DNA of 64,000 nucleotides from contig DIGJ01000018.1 of the NCBI GenBank assembly GCA_002419585.1, forward strand, positions 44,566 through 108,565. Reading direction: 5' to 3'. The notes beneath the pieces are model-generated. The model was not told the DNA's origin. It did not search any database and saw only the letters and a program-made list of their open reading frames with translations. This document shows positions 29,109 through 38,420 of the stretch, in pieces. This DNA is from Lachnoclostridium sp. UBA5725 (GTDB lineage: Bacteria > Bacillota > Clostridia > Lachnospirales > Lachnospiraceae). The stretch's first letter is position 1. Each line of letters opens with the position of its first letter. Made by a program: the position numbers and the translations under genes.

Positions 29109-29180
29109 AGCGCGAGACGGGACTCGAACCCGCGGCCCCGACCTTGGCAAGGTCGTGCTCCACCACTGAGCCACTCGCGC
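29109..29180 (-). tRNA. tRNA-Gly (anticodon GCC)
   Basis: The reverse complement GCGCGAGTGGCTCAGTGGTGGAGCACGACCTTGCCAAGGTCGGGGCCGCGGGTTCGAGTCCCGTCTCGCGCT folds as a cloverleaf. The anticodon loop is TTGCCAA and the T-loop is GGTTCGAGTCC. No CCA is encoded. Confidence 0.95.
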
Positions 29181-29254
29181 ATAATCGATAACTGCGTTAC
29201 CGAACAATCAATATAATAACATAATAGCATGTACTTGTCAATAATATTTTTAAT

Positions 29255-30286
29255 TTAATTAAAACAAAGTTCTAATTCCTCAACATCCGCTTGCAAAGTA
29301 ATATTACAATAACGGATTCCGTCATTCAAATTAATCTGAGTCCCATCCATAAGACGAACAACCGGGCGAAGAATGTGTGTAGTATTTTCTACAACAATTC
29401 CCTTTCTTCCATCGGATAACACAACTTCCATCCCCTTTGGATAGATTGGAACACATTTTAAGAATATATCCACTACCGTCTTATCAAACATAGCACCATA
29501 TCCAGCCATCAAATACTCTGCTGCTTCGGATAAAGCATATGGTTTTTTGTAAGGACGTTTTGCAGTTAGCGCATCGTATACATCGGCTACATGAATAATT
29601 TTTGCAAATAATAAGATCTGAGAAGAATGCAAACCACTTGGATAGCCACTTCCATCCTCATTTTCATGATGATACAATACACCTACTTTTGTTCTTGCTG
29701 ATATATCCCAACGATCTTTTAACAAATTATAGGACAAAATTGGATGTTCCTTCATAACGTTATATTCATCATCAGTTAATTTCGCAGGCTTATTTAATAT
29801 TTCATCTGGTATTTGCAGTTTTCCTAAATCATGAAAAATAGCAGCCGCACACAAATCTACTAAGTCTTTTTGTTTCAAAGACATTCCCATACCAATGATG
29901 GTACATAAAACTGCAACATTTACCGAATGTCGGAATGTATAGTCATCAAAGGTACGCAAATCCACTAAATCAAGTGATAGTGTATTACTGTTAATAATCT
30001 GGTCTACAATACACTTTGCTACTTCCAAACTCTCATCAATGTTGCACTCACGTAAGCTACGAACGCCCCGATTACGAAGTTCGACACTAATGGTTTCTTC
30101 AATATTAATTCCCTTTGAAATCTCGTCATCAATATAGAGGCCCTGAAATCCACGAATTGATAGCTTTTCAATAAAGTCTATCGTCAGTACACTTGCAGCA
30201 CCTAACAGTACACGATCCGCCTCATCAAAAACTGACTTAGCAAGAATCATACCTGGCTCTACTTTTTCTATTGTAACATAGCGCAT
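29255..30286 (-). CDS. HD-GYP domain protein (putative c-di-GMP phosphodiesterase)
   Basis: HSVNVAV..., FHDLGK and HHENEDGSGYPSG are the HD and GYP motifs. Confidence 0.85.
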   Translation of the reverse strand: MRYVTIEKVEPGMILAKSVFDEADRVLLGAASVLTIDFIEKLSIRGFQGLYIDDEISKGINIEETISVELRNRGVRSLRECNIDESLEVAKCIVDQIINSNTLSLDLVDLRTFDDYTFRHSVNVAVLCTIIGMGMSLKQKDLVDLCAAAIFHDLGKLQIPDEILNKPAKLTDDEYNVMKEHPILSYNLLKDRWDISARTKVGVLYHHENEDGSGYPSGLHSSQILLFAKIIHVADVYDALTAKRPYKKPYALSEAAEYLMAGYGAMFDKTVVDIFLKCVPIYPKGMEVVLSDGRKGIVVENTTHILRPVVRLMDGTQINLNDGIRYCNITLQADVEELELCFN

Positions 30287-30371
30287 TATACAAATTCCCC
30301 CACTAGTAGAATAAAAATTTAGTCATTCATCCTATTATAATATGTCAGTCTTTAGATTTCAATCCAAAAGC

Positions 30372-31109
30372 TTACTTTTGAAATATTATTGATACTAAAT
30401 ACTCATTACTTTTAAAAGTTCGTTCCGAAATATTATCAATTTTTTTTATTTCACTATAATACCAAAGTTCTTCTGCTGCCAAATACATATTTGCTAGTGC
30501 AATACCTACATCGATATTTTTCATAGCTTTTAATGGATCAAACGGTGTTTTTGATTTTTTACAAAACAAATGAATGCGGTTATCATAAACGACAAATCGC
30601 CATGGCTGACTATTAAACGAAGATGGTGCTAGCCTACCAGCATTTAAAATCTTTTTCATATCATCACTGACCGTTGTCTTAAAACTACAAAGTTCAGAAA
30701 TAGGAAGACGATACGCACGTTTTGATTCCCGATAAATACTTTTATCTGTTTTTCCAAAAGCAAGCATAACTAGGGGTTCAAGGCCTTGTATTTTGTGAAT
30801 TGGTAACTTATGATATTTCATAAAGCTACTACCAAGCCCTTTTGTCATGATATATAACATAACTTGTTGCATTAAAAAACCCGCATTTAACTGATAACCT
30901 TCTACCGGCAAAGCGGATATAACTAAATAATACGGAACGCTTTTATCTTCCGTATTTTCTATGATTTCAAATTGAACTTGTTGAGTTTCATCCAGCATTT
31001 CCAGATGATTTGTAAAGTTCAAAATATTATCTAATATTTTTCTATCAACGGTTTCCATTCGAAAGTGTCGAATGGACTTTCTTAAATACATCCCTTCATA
31101 TAAATTCAT
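30372..31109 (-). CDS. nitroreductase-family protein
   Basis: LRKSIRHF and APSSFNSQPWRFVV are nitroreductase signatures. The start was chosen at the MNLYEG Met. Confidence 0.75.
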   Translation of the reverse strand: MNLYEGMYLRKSIRHFRMETVDRKILDNILNFTNHLEMLDETQQVQFEIIENTEDKSVPYYLVISALPVEGYQLNAGFLMQQVMLYIMTKGLGSSFMKYHKLPIHKIQGLEPLVMLAFGKTDKSIYRESKRAYRLPISELCSFKTTVSDDMKKILNAGRLAPSSFNSQPWRFVVYDNRIHLFCKKSKTPFDPLKAMKNIDVGIALANMYLAAEELWYYSEIKKIDNISERTFKSNEYLVSIIFQK

Positions 31110-31247
31110 CTTCCAACCACCATTCACCAAAATAAAAAAGCAATACACTTAGCTTACCCAATTAAGTTAAGTGTATCACAGTTTTCTTTATTTTGTTTCA
31201 CAATTTTATTAAGATTTTAAAATTTTTTTTGTATGTTTTCACAAAGT

Positions 31248-31976
31248 TTATTGTCGGAACCCTTCTAGTACAAGTTTTCTAGCTTCCAAAATCTCTTCGT
31301 TACTTGGTTCTTTTATACCTTTTAAACAGTATGGAATTCCTAGCTCTTGGTACTTTGCAACGCCCATGGTGTGATACGGAAGAAGTTCTAGCTCTTTTAT
31401 GTTTTTATATTGTGACAGCGCCTTTCCTAATTCAATCAGGCTATCTTTATCAAGCGTAATGGAAGGTACTATGACATGACGGATGCGTACGGGTACTTGC
31501 TGTCGATCAAGAAACGATAAAAATTCGAATACAGCCTTATTATCTTTCCCCGTTAATTCGAAATGGTCGTTTGATCTTACATGCTTGATATCAAGAAGTA
31601 CATAATCTGTAACTTTTGAAAGCTGCAAGTACTCCTCTTCCTTATCTTTCGAGAATGTAATACCTGATGTATCCAAGCAAGTATGTATACCTGCCGCTTT
31701 TGCCTTTTGAAACAATTCAATCAAAAAATCCAGTTGAAGAAGCGGTTCTCCACCGGTTGCAGTGATTCCACCATTTTTATAATAGATTTCTTTCTTTTTA
31801 TAACCGGCTATTATTTCATCCGCAGTCATCATGGTACCACCTTGCATTGTCCAAGTATCGGGATTATGGCAATATTTGCATCGCATTGGACAACCTTGGA
31901 AAAATACGACATAACGAATACCCGGTCCGTCTAGTGTACCAAATGTCTCAATCGAATGTATCCTTCCTTCTATCAT
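31248..31976 (-). CDS. pflA: pyruvate formate-lyase activating enzyme (radical SAM)
   Basis: GPGIRYVVFFQGCPMRCKYCHNPDT carries the CxxxCxxC cluster, and GGITATGGEPLLQ is present. Confidence 0.9.
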   Translation of the reverse strand: MIEGRIHSIETFGTLDGPGIRYVVFFQGCPMRCKYCHNPDTWTMQGGTMMTADEIIAGYKKKEIYYKNGGITATGGEPLLQLDFLIELFQKAKAAGIHTCLDTSGITFSKDKEEEYLQLSKVTDYVLLDIKHVRSNDHFELTGKDNKAVFEFLSFLDRQQVPVRIRHVIVPSITLDKDSLIELGKALSQYKNIKELELLPYHTMGVAKYQELGIPYCLKGIKEPSNEEILEARKLVLEGFRQ

Positions 31977-31979
31977 AGC

Positions 31980-32216
31980 TTACATTCCTTTATGAAACGT
32001 TCTACTGATTACTTCATCTTGTTGATCTTTCGTTAACTTGTGAAAATTAACCGCATATCCAGATACACGTACTGTAAGCTGTGGATACTTTTCTGGATGT
32101 GCCTGCGCATCTAATAACGTTTCTTTGGTAAAAACATTTACATTTAAGTGATGTCCACCGTTTTCAACATAACCATCTAGCATTGCAACTAAATTATCAA
32201 TCTGTGTATTATTCAT
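31980..32216 (-). CDS. separately encoded glycyl-radical domain of pyruvate formate-lyase (GrcA-like small subunit)
   Basis: [29 protein letters not shown]...[15 protein letters not shown] carries the RVSGYAV glycyl-radical motif. A GGAG SD lies 6 nt upstream of the ATG at 32216. Confidence 0.8.
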   Translation of the reverse strand: MNNTQIDNLVAMLDGYVENGGHHLNVNVFTKETLLDAQAHPEKYPQLTVRVSGYAVNFHKLTKDQQDEVISRTFHKGM

Positions 32217-32257
32217 ATCGTTCTCCATTCCTGCGCATGTCGTTTGCGCATTTTGTC

Positions 32258-34345
32258 TTATTTACTTCCTTCATCAAACAGCATGGTAGGTATATTACAA
32301 GCACAATCTGGTTCCATGGAAAGTTCCAAATCTCCCATCATAATTAAATCATCCTTACCCAGTGCCCCAGGTACAATTGAGAATGTATTGGATATACCAT
32401 CCTGTGCATCGCCAAACGGAAGCTTGGATACAGAACTTAAGGATGCAATTGCTCCTTTTTGGTCACGTCCATGCATTGGATTTGCACCAGGTGCGAAAGG
32501 CTGCCCTGCTTTTCTTCCATCTGGTGTAGATCCAGTATTTTCTCCATACACTACATTTGATGTAATGGTCAAAATGGATGTCGTAGGAATACCACCACGA
32601 TACGTATGATTGGATTGAATATAATGCATAAATGTGTGCACCAATTCAGCGGCAATACTATCTACACGATCATCATCATTTCCGTATTTCGGAAAGTCAC
32701 CTTCAATTTCGAAATCGATCACAATACCTTTGTCGTCACGAATTGGTTTTACCTTTGCATATTTTATTGCTGAAAGGGAATCTGCTACAACAGAAAGTCC
32801 TGCAATACCAGTTGCAAACCAACGTGTCACTTTTTTATCATGCAACGCCATCTGAATTTTTTCATAACAGTATTTATCATGCATATAGTGAATGACATTC
32901 AAAGTATTCACATATACTTCTGCAAGCCATTTCATCATATCATTATATTTATCCATTACTTCCTGATAATCTAAGTAATCAGAGGTAATTGGACGATATT
33001 TCGGTCCAACCTGTTTTTTGCTGATTTCATCCACACCACCATTGATGGCATAAAGCAAGCATTTCGCAAGGTTTGCTCTTGCTCCAAAAAGCTGCATTTC
33101 TTTACCGACTCTCATGGATGATACGCAACATGCTATCGCGTAATCGTCTCCATGCGTAACACGCATTAAATCATCGTTTTCATACTGTATCGAAGAGGAG
33201 GCAATGGAAATTTTTGCACAATAACGTTTAAAATTACTTGGTAACTTTGTTGACCAAAGTACCGTTAAGTTTGGCTCTGGTGCCGCACCCAAATTTGTCA
33301 ATGTATGAAGATAACGAAATGACATCTTCGTAACCATTGGTCTTCCATCAATGCCAACACCACCGATGGATTCGGTAACCCAGGTAGGATCCCCAGAAAA
33401 GAGTGCATTGTACTCTGGTGTACGGGCAAATTTAACCAAACGCAATTTCATAATAAAATGATCAATAAATTCCTGAATCTTCTCTTCGTTAAACGTACCA
33501 TTTTTCAAATCGCGCTCTGCATAAATATCGATAAAGGTAGAGGTTCTGCCAAGTGACATAGCTGCACCATTTTGCTCTTTAATCGCTGCTAGATATCCAA
33601 AATATAACCATTGAATGGCTTCTTTTGTATTCGCTGCTGGCTTTGAAATATCAAAACCATAGATATTTCCTAACAGCTTTAGTTCCTTTAGGGCACGAAT
33701 TTGTTCCGACAACTCTTCTCGTTCACGGATCACATCGGAATACATAACTGTCCTTGTTGTGTCCTTTTGTTCCATCTTATCTTCTATCAGACGATCTACT
33801 CCATATAAGGCAACACGACGATAATCTCCGATAATTCGTCCTCTTCCGTATGCGTCTGGAAGTCCAGTAATAATATGGCTGGAACGGCATGCCCGCATTT
33901 CCTCCGTATATACATCAAACACTCCTGCGTTGTGTGTTTTTCGATGAGTTGAAAAAAAATCTACTATTTCAGGGTCTACTTCATATCCGTTATCCTTGCA
34001 AGCCTTCTGGGCCATACGTATACCACCATAAGGCTGAAGCGAACGTTTGAAAGGTTTATCGGTTTGAAATCCCACAATTGTTTCTTTCTCTTTATCTAAA
34101 TATCCTGCTCCATGAGAGGAAATGGTAGAAATCACCTTGGTGTCCATATCAAGCACACCACCGGCTTCCATTTCTTTTTTTGACAGTTCCATAACCTGTT
34201 CCCACAACTTTTTTGTGTTTTCAGTCGCTTCAACTAAAAACGCTTCATCTCCTTCATAAGGAGTGTAGTTTTTTTGGATAAAATCTCTGACATTGATTTC
34301 TTTATTCCAAATACCTGTTTTAAATTCGTTCCATTCTGTCTTCAT
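32258..34345 (-). CDS. pflB: pyruvate formate-lyase, large fragment lacking the glycyl-radical domain
   Basis: It has the active-site region AIACCVSSM and ...[18 protein letters not shown]. It then diverges into a 29-aa non-homologous tail and stops. Confidence 0.9.
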   Translation of the reverse strand: MKTEWNEFKTGIWNKEINVRDFIQKNYTPYEGDEAFLVEATENTKKLWEQVMELSKKEMEAGGVLDMDTKVISTISSHGAGYLDKEKETIVGFQTDKPFKRSLQPYGGIRMAQKACKDNGYEVDPEIVDFFSTHRKTHNAGVFDVYTEEMRACRSSHIITGLPDAYGRGRIIGDYRRVALYGVDRLIEDKMEQKDTTRTVMYSDVIREREELSEQIRALKELKLLGNIYGFDISKPAANTKEAIQWLYFGYLAAIKEQNGAAMSLGRTSTFIDIYAERDLKNGTFNEEKIQEFIDHFIMKLRLVKFARTPEYNALFSGDPTWVTESIGGVGIDGRPMVTKMSFRYLHTLTNLGAAPEPNLTVLWSTKLPSNFKRYCAKISIASSSIQYENDDLMRVTHGDDYAIACCVSSMRVGKEMQLFGARANLAKCLLYAINGGVDEISKKQVGPKYRPITSDYLDYQEVMDKYNDMMKWLAEVYVNTLNVIHYMHDKYCYEKIQMALHDKKVTRWFATGIAGLSVVADSLSAIKYAKVKPIRDDKGIVIDFEIEGDFPKYGNDDDRVDSIAAELVHTFMHYIQSNHTYRGGIPTTSILTITSNVVYGENTGSTPDGRKAGQPFAPGANPMHGRDQKGAIASLSSVSKLPFGDAQDGISNTFSIVPGALGKDDLIMMGDLELSMEPDCACNIPTMLFDEGSK

Positions 34346-34392
34346 ATTTTTTCTCCAATCTGACTACTAACTTTTCCTTTGTAATCGTCTAT

Positions 34393-34421
34393 AGCATACT
34401 GAAAAGCTATTTTATTGTCAA
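34393..34421 (-). promoter_or_regulatory. sigmaA-type promoter for pflB
   Basis: On the minus strand: TTGACA (34416-34421), a 17-nt spacer, then TATGCT (34393-34398). Confidence 0.5.
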
Positions 34422-34463
34422 GCGGTTTATGGCAGGATATTGCTTATTGATTTTTTATATCAT

Positions 34464-37400
34464 TTATTGAAAATAAGATATTCCTGATTCAAATAAACAT
34501 TGATTCTGATTTCCTGTAATATTAATTGCAACTCCATTTCCGATTCGTTCGGAGTGTGCCATCTTGCCAAGTACACGCCCATCTGGACTTGTGATTCCCT
34601 CAATTGCTGCAAACGATCCGTTCGGATTGAACCTCTCATCCATCGTTGGATTACCAACTAGATCTACATACTGCGTTGCTACCTGTCCATTCTCAAATAA
34701 GCGCTTCAAGGTATCTTCGTTTGCAACAAAGCGACCTTCACCATGAGAGACTGGAATGGTATACACATCACCCACCTTTACTTTTTTTAACCATGGTGAT
34801 TGATTACTTACCACTTTGGTTTGCACCATTTGTGATATATGTCTGCCGATCATATTTGTAGCAAGTGTTGGAAAATCTTCTTCACATGGTAAGATTTCAC
34901 CAAATGGAACCAACCCAAGTTTAATCAATGCCTGAAATCCATTGCAGATACCTAACATAAGACCATCCCTATTTTTCAGCAAATCATTTACAGCTTCCAC
35001 TAAATTTGGATTACGAAAGATGGATGCAATAAATTTTGCGGATCCATCTGGTTCATCTCCAGCTGAAAAACCACCAGGAAGCATTACAATATTACTTTCT
35101 TTGATTTGCTTTGCGTATGCTGCAACCGAATCCTGAATATCTTTGGCTGATTGATTACGAAATACAAGAGAGGTTACATCACCACCTGCTTTTTCAAACG
35201 CACGAATACTATCGTATTCACAGTTCGTACCAGGAAAAATTGGAATAAATATCTTTGGTTTCGCAAGTTTTTTGTTGCATATATAGATTTCTTCCACTTG
35301 GTGTAATTTTGTTTCAAGTATTGTAGTGTCTTCACTTGCTTTTGTTGGATAAACGCTTTCCAATGTTTCTGTCCAAGCTTTGATTGCTTCTTCTAATGAA
35401 ATGCTCTCATTTCCATATTCAAATTTTCCGGAATCTATGACTTCACCAATGGTTACACAGTTTTCAATCACGTTACGAACCTTGGCTATATCATCTGCCT
35501 TAACTTCTACTATAATCGTACCATAATCGCAAGTAAAGTATTTCGAAACTTCCAATTCCGTCGATAAACAAACTCCCAGCTTGTTTCCAAATGCCATTTT
35601 GCTTACTGCTTCCGCAATTCCGCCATAACCGATTGCATAAGCCGCTTTCCATGTATTCGATTGATTTAACTCATAAATGGTTTGATAAAGAGCTAATAAA
35701 TACTCATAATCCGGTAAATCATATGCATCCTTTTTGATTGGAAACGCAAGTAATACGTTTCCTGCTTCTTTTAATTCCGGCGTAATAACATCTTTAAGCT
35801 TTCCGGTATTCACTGCAAAGGAGCATAAAGTTGGTGGAACATCAATGTCTTGGAACGTTCCAGACATACTGTCTTTACCACCGATGGAAGCAAGTCCCAA
35901 TTGAATCTGCGCTTCATAAGCACCTAAAAGTGCAGCCATTGGCTCTCCAAAACGTGTTTTATCCTTTTCTAAACGCTTGAAATACTCCTGGAAGGTAAAC
36001 CTGATTTTACGGTAATCTCCACCAGAAGCTACAATCTTCGCAACGGAAGCAATAATTGCGTAAACTGCTCCATGATAAGGACTCCAACTTGATAAGTATG
36101 GGTCTAGTCCATAACTCATCATAGTAACGGTATCACAATTTCCTTTCAGTAATGGTAGTTTTGCAATCATGGTTTGTGTTGGTGTCAGCTGATACTTTCC
36201 TCCATAAGGCATGGTAACGGTCGCTGCGCCAATGGAACTATCAAACATTTCTACCAAGCCCTTTTGTGAGCAGACATTCAGATCTTTTAACGTCTTTAGC
36301 CAATTTTCTTTCATGCTTCCCGTAACCAGATGATTCCACACGGATGTTTCTTTCTTAGGGTTTGTAACGAGTACATCATTTTCTTGATGCGCTCCATTGG
36401 TATCCAGAAAACTTCTTTTTATATTAACAATTGTTTTTCCTCTCCAGTTCATAACAAGACGAGGTTCTTTCGTTACTTCTGCTACTACAACTGCTTCCAG
36501 ATTTTCGGACGCTGCAAACGCTAGCATTGCCTTCACATCTTTGGCATCTACAACCACAGCCATTCTCTCCTGTGATTCCGAAATAGCAAGTTCTGTTCCA
36601 TCCAGCCCCGCATATTTTTTAGGAACGAGATCAAGATTAATAATAAGGCCATCTGCTAGTTCACCAATGGCCACGGATACTCCACCTGCACCAAAGTCAT
36701 TGCATTTTTTTATGAGGGAACTCACTTCGATTCGACGGAATAATCGTTGAATTTTTCGCTCTGTTGGAGCATTTCCTTTTTGCACTTCTGCGCCACATAC
36801 ATGAATGGATTCACTGGTATGTGCCTTCGAAGAACCCGTTGCGCCTCCACAGCCGTCGCGTCCAGTACGTCCGCCAATTAAAATAATCTGATCCCCTGGT
36901 AAGGAATCTTCACGAATCACATTTTTTCTTGGTGCCGCACCCATAACAGCTCCAATTTCCATTCGTTTTGCCACGTAATTTGGATGATATACTTCATTCA
37001 CCAAGCCTGTTGCCAAGCCGATCTGATTGCCGTAAGAGCTATACCCACTTGCTGCACCTTTTACGATTTTCTTTTGCGGAAGCTTTCCTTCTAGTGTCTT
37101 GTCAAGTGATACGGTAGGATCAGCGGCACCTGTTACACGCATCGCCTGATATACATAACCACGTCCAGATAATGGATCTCGAATTGCTCCACCAAGACAG
37201 GTAGCAGCACCACCAAATGGTTCGATTTCCGTTGGATGATTGTGGGTTTCATTTTTGAAAAATACAAGCCACTCTTCTTCTACTCCATCGATTTCAACTG
37301 GAACCACAATCGAGCAAGCATTGATTTCATCTGACTTTTCAAGATCTGCAAGTTTTCCTTCTACCTTTAACTTTTTCATCGCAATCAATGCCAGATTCAT

Positions 37401-38225
37401 TAAAGATGGATAATCCCCTTTTTCATCCTGTCCAAGTTGTACTCTTGCTTCTTTATAAGCTTGATAGCTTTTCTTCATCGCATCGCTATAAAACCCATCT
37501 TCAAATTCCACATTTTTTAATTCTGTTAAAAACGTGGTATGTCTGCAATGATCGGACCAATATGTGTCTAACATACGAATTTCTGTCATCGATGGATTTC
37601 TATTTTCTTCGTTTAAAAAGTATTGTTTTATGCTAGTAAAATCCTCAAAACTCATTGCCAGATTTAAAGACTGAAAAAGGCTTTTGAATTCTTCCGCTTC
37701 CATTGTCTTAAATCCCTCCAATATACGAACATCCGCTGGCTCTTCGAAATTCTCAATTAAGGTTTTGGGTTTATCTTCACTTGTAATCATCGAATCCACC
37801 GGATTTACGCAATACGATTTGATTTTGTCAAATTCGTTGTTCGAAAGATTTCCTTTAAACACATACGTTGTAGCAGTTTGAACGGTAGCTACTTCATCTT
37901 CTTTCAGCAATCGAATGCATTGATTTGCAGAATCTGCTCTTTGATCAAATTGTCCTGGTAAATAAGCAACGGAGAAGATATGATCCTCTTTGGTTTGTTC
38001 AAACGTTTCCTCATATAAATAATCCAATGGTGGTTCTGAAAATACAATTCCTTTTGCCTTTTCATAGGTTTCCTCTGAGATATTTTCTATGTCATATCGA
38101 ACTAATATCCGGACACTTTCAATTGTTTTTATTCCTAAATAAGTTTGAATCTCATGCTTTAATTCTTTTGCACGAACCGCATAAGGTAACTTCTTTTCTA
38201 CATAAATTCTTCTAATCTCACTCAT
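34464..38225 (-). CDS. purL: phosphoribosylformylglycinamidine synthase, single-chain large form
   Basis: 1253 aa with AIR-synthase-like repeats (ETHNHPTEIEPFGGAATCLGG) and a C-terminal glutaminase (GICNGFQAL). Confidence 0.95.
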   Translation of the reverse strand: MSEIRRIYVEKKLPYAVRAKELKHEIQTYLGIKTIESVRILVRYDIENISEETYEKAKGIVFSEPPLDYLYEETFEQTKEDHIFSVAYLPGQFDQRADSANQCIRLLKEDEVATVQTATTYVFKGNLSNNEFDKIKSYCVNPVDSMITSEDKPKTLIENFEEPADVRILEGFKTMEAEEFKSLFQSLNLAMSFEDFTSIKQYFLNEENRNPSMTEIRMLDTYWSDHCRHTTFLTELKNVEFEDGFYSDAMKKSYQAYKEARVQLGQDEKGDYPSLMNLALIAMKKLKVEGKLADLEKSDEINACSIVVPVEIDGVEEEWLVFFKNETHNHPTEIEPFGGAATCLGGAIRDPLSGRGYVYQAMRVTGAADPTVSLDKTLEGKLPQKKIVKGAASGYSSYGNQIGLATGLVNEVYHPNYVAKRMEIGAVMGAAPRKNVIREDSLPGDQIILIGGRTGRDGCGGATGSSKAHTSESIHVCGAEVQKGNAPTERKIQRLFRRIEVSSLIKKCNDFGAGGVSVAIGELADGLIINLDLVPKKYAGLDGTELAISESQERMAVVVDAKDVKAMLAFAASENLEAVVVAEVTKEPRLVMNWRGKTIVNIKRSFLDTNGAHQENDVLVTNPKKETSVWNHLVTGSMKENWLKTLKDLNVCSQKGLVEMFDSSIGAATVTMPYGGKYQLTPTQTMIAKLPLLKGNCDTVTMMSYGLDPYLSSWSPYHGAVYAIIASVAKIVASGGDYRKIRFTFQEYFKRLEKDKTRFGEPMAALLGAYEAQIQLGLASIGGKDSMSGTFQDIDVPPTLCSFAVNTGKLKDVITPELKEAGNVLLAFPIKKDAYDLPDYEYLLALYQTIYELNQSNTWKAAYAIGYGGIAEAVSKMAFGNKLGVCLSTELEVSKYFTCDYGTIIVEVKADDIAKVRNVIENCVTIGEVIDSGKFEYGNESISLEEAIKAWTETLESVYPTKASEDTTILETKLHQVEEIYICNKKLAKPKIFIPIFPGTNCEYDSIRAFEKAGGDVTSLVFRNQSAKDIQDSVAAYAKQIKESNIVMLPGGFSAGDEPDGSAKFIASIFRNPNLVEAVNDLLKNRDGLMLGICNGFQALIKLGLVPFGEILPCEEDFPTLATNMIGRHISQMVQTKVVSNQSPWLKKVKVGDVYTIPVSHGEGRFVANEDTLKRLFENGQVATQYVDLVGNPTMDERFNPNGSFAAIEGITSPDGRVLGKMAHSERIGNGVAINITGNQNQCLFESGISYFQ

Positions 38226-38241
38226 AAACAGCCTCCATATT

Positions 38242-38280
38242 AAAAAAATGGTATCATTATCGTTACAATAATGATACCAT
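38242..38280 (-). terminator. perfect 13-bp hairpin plus U7, ending 16 nt upstream of the purL start codon
   Basis: Minus strand ATGGTATCATTATtgtaacgATAATGATACCAT, then TTTTTTT, then AATATGGAGGCTGTTT-ATG. Confidence 0.7.
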
Positions 38281-38420
38281 ATGTCTTTTTATAATTAAAA
38301 TTAATATAAATAATGATGTTTATAAGTTAAGATAATTTATAAACAAATTCATCCTTTTCTTATTATAAACAAATTTCTAAAATATTTGCATGAATGCAAT
38401 CATAAAATATAGGTTTTAGT

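Noticed and set aside
32229-32257. The possibility that the pflB interruption is a group I intron or an intein.
   Set aside because: The extra sequence is only about 130 nt, far too short for either. It carries a stop, an SD and a start, consistent with two separate translation units.
34346-34463. ZTP (pfl-motif) riboswitch upstream of pflB.
   Set aside because: No GGGUCGUGAC/CCGGGCGGA/CCGCCUGGGCA-type core is present. The region holds only a sigmaA-type promoter and an SD.
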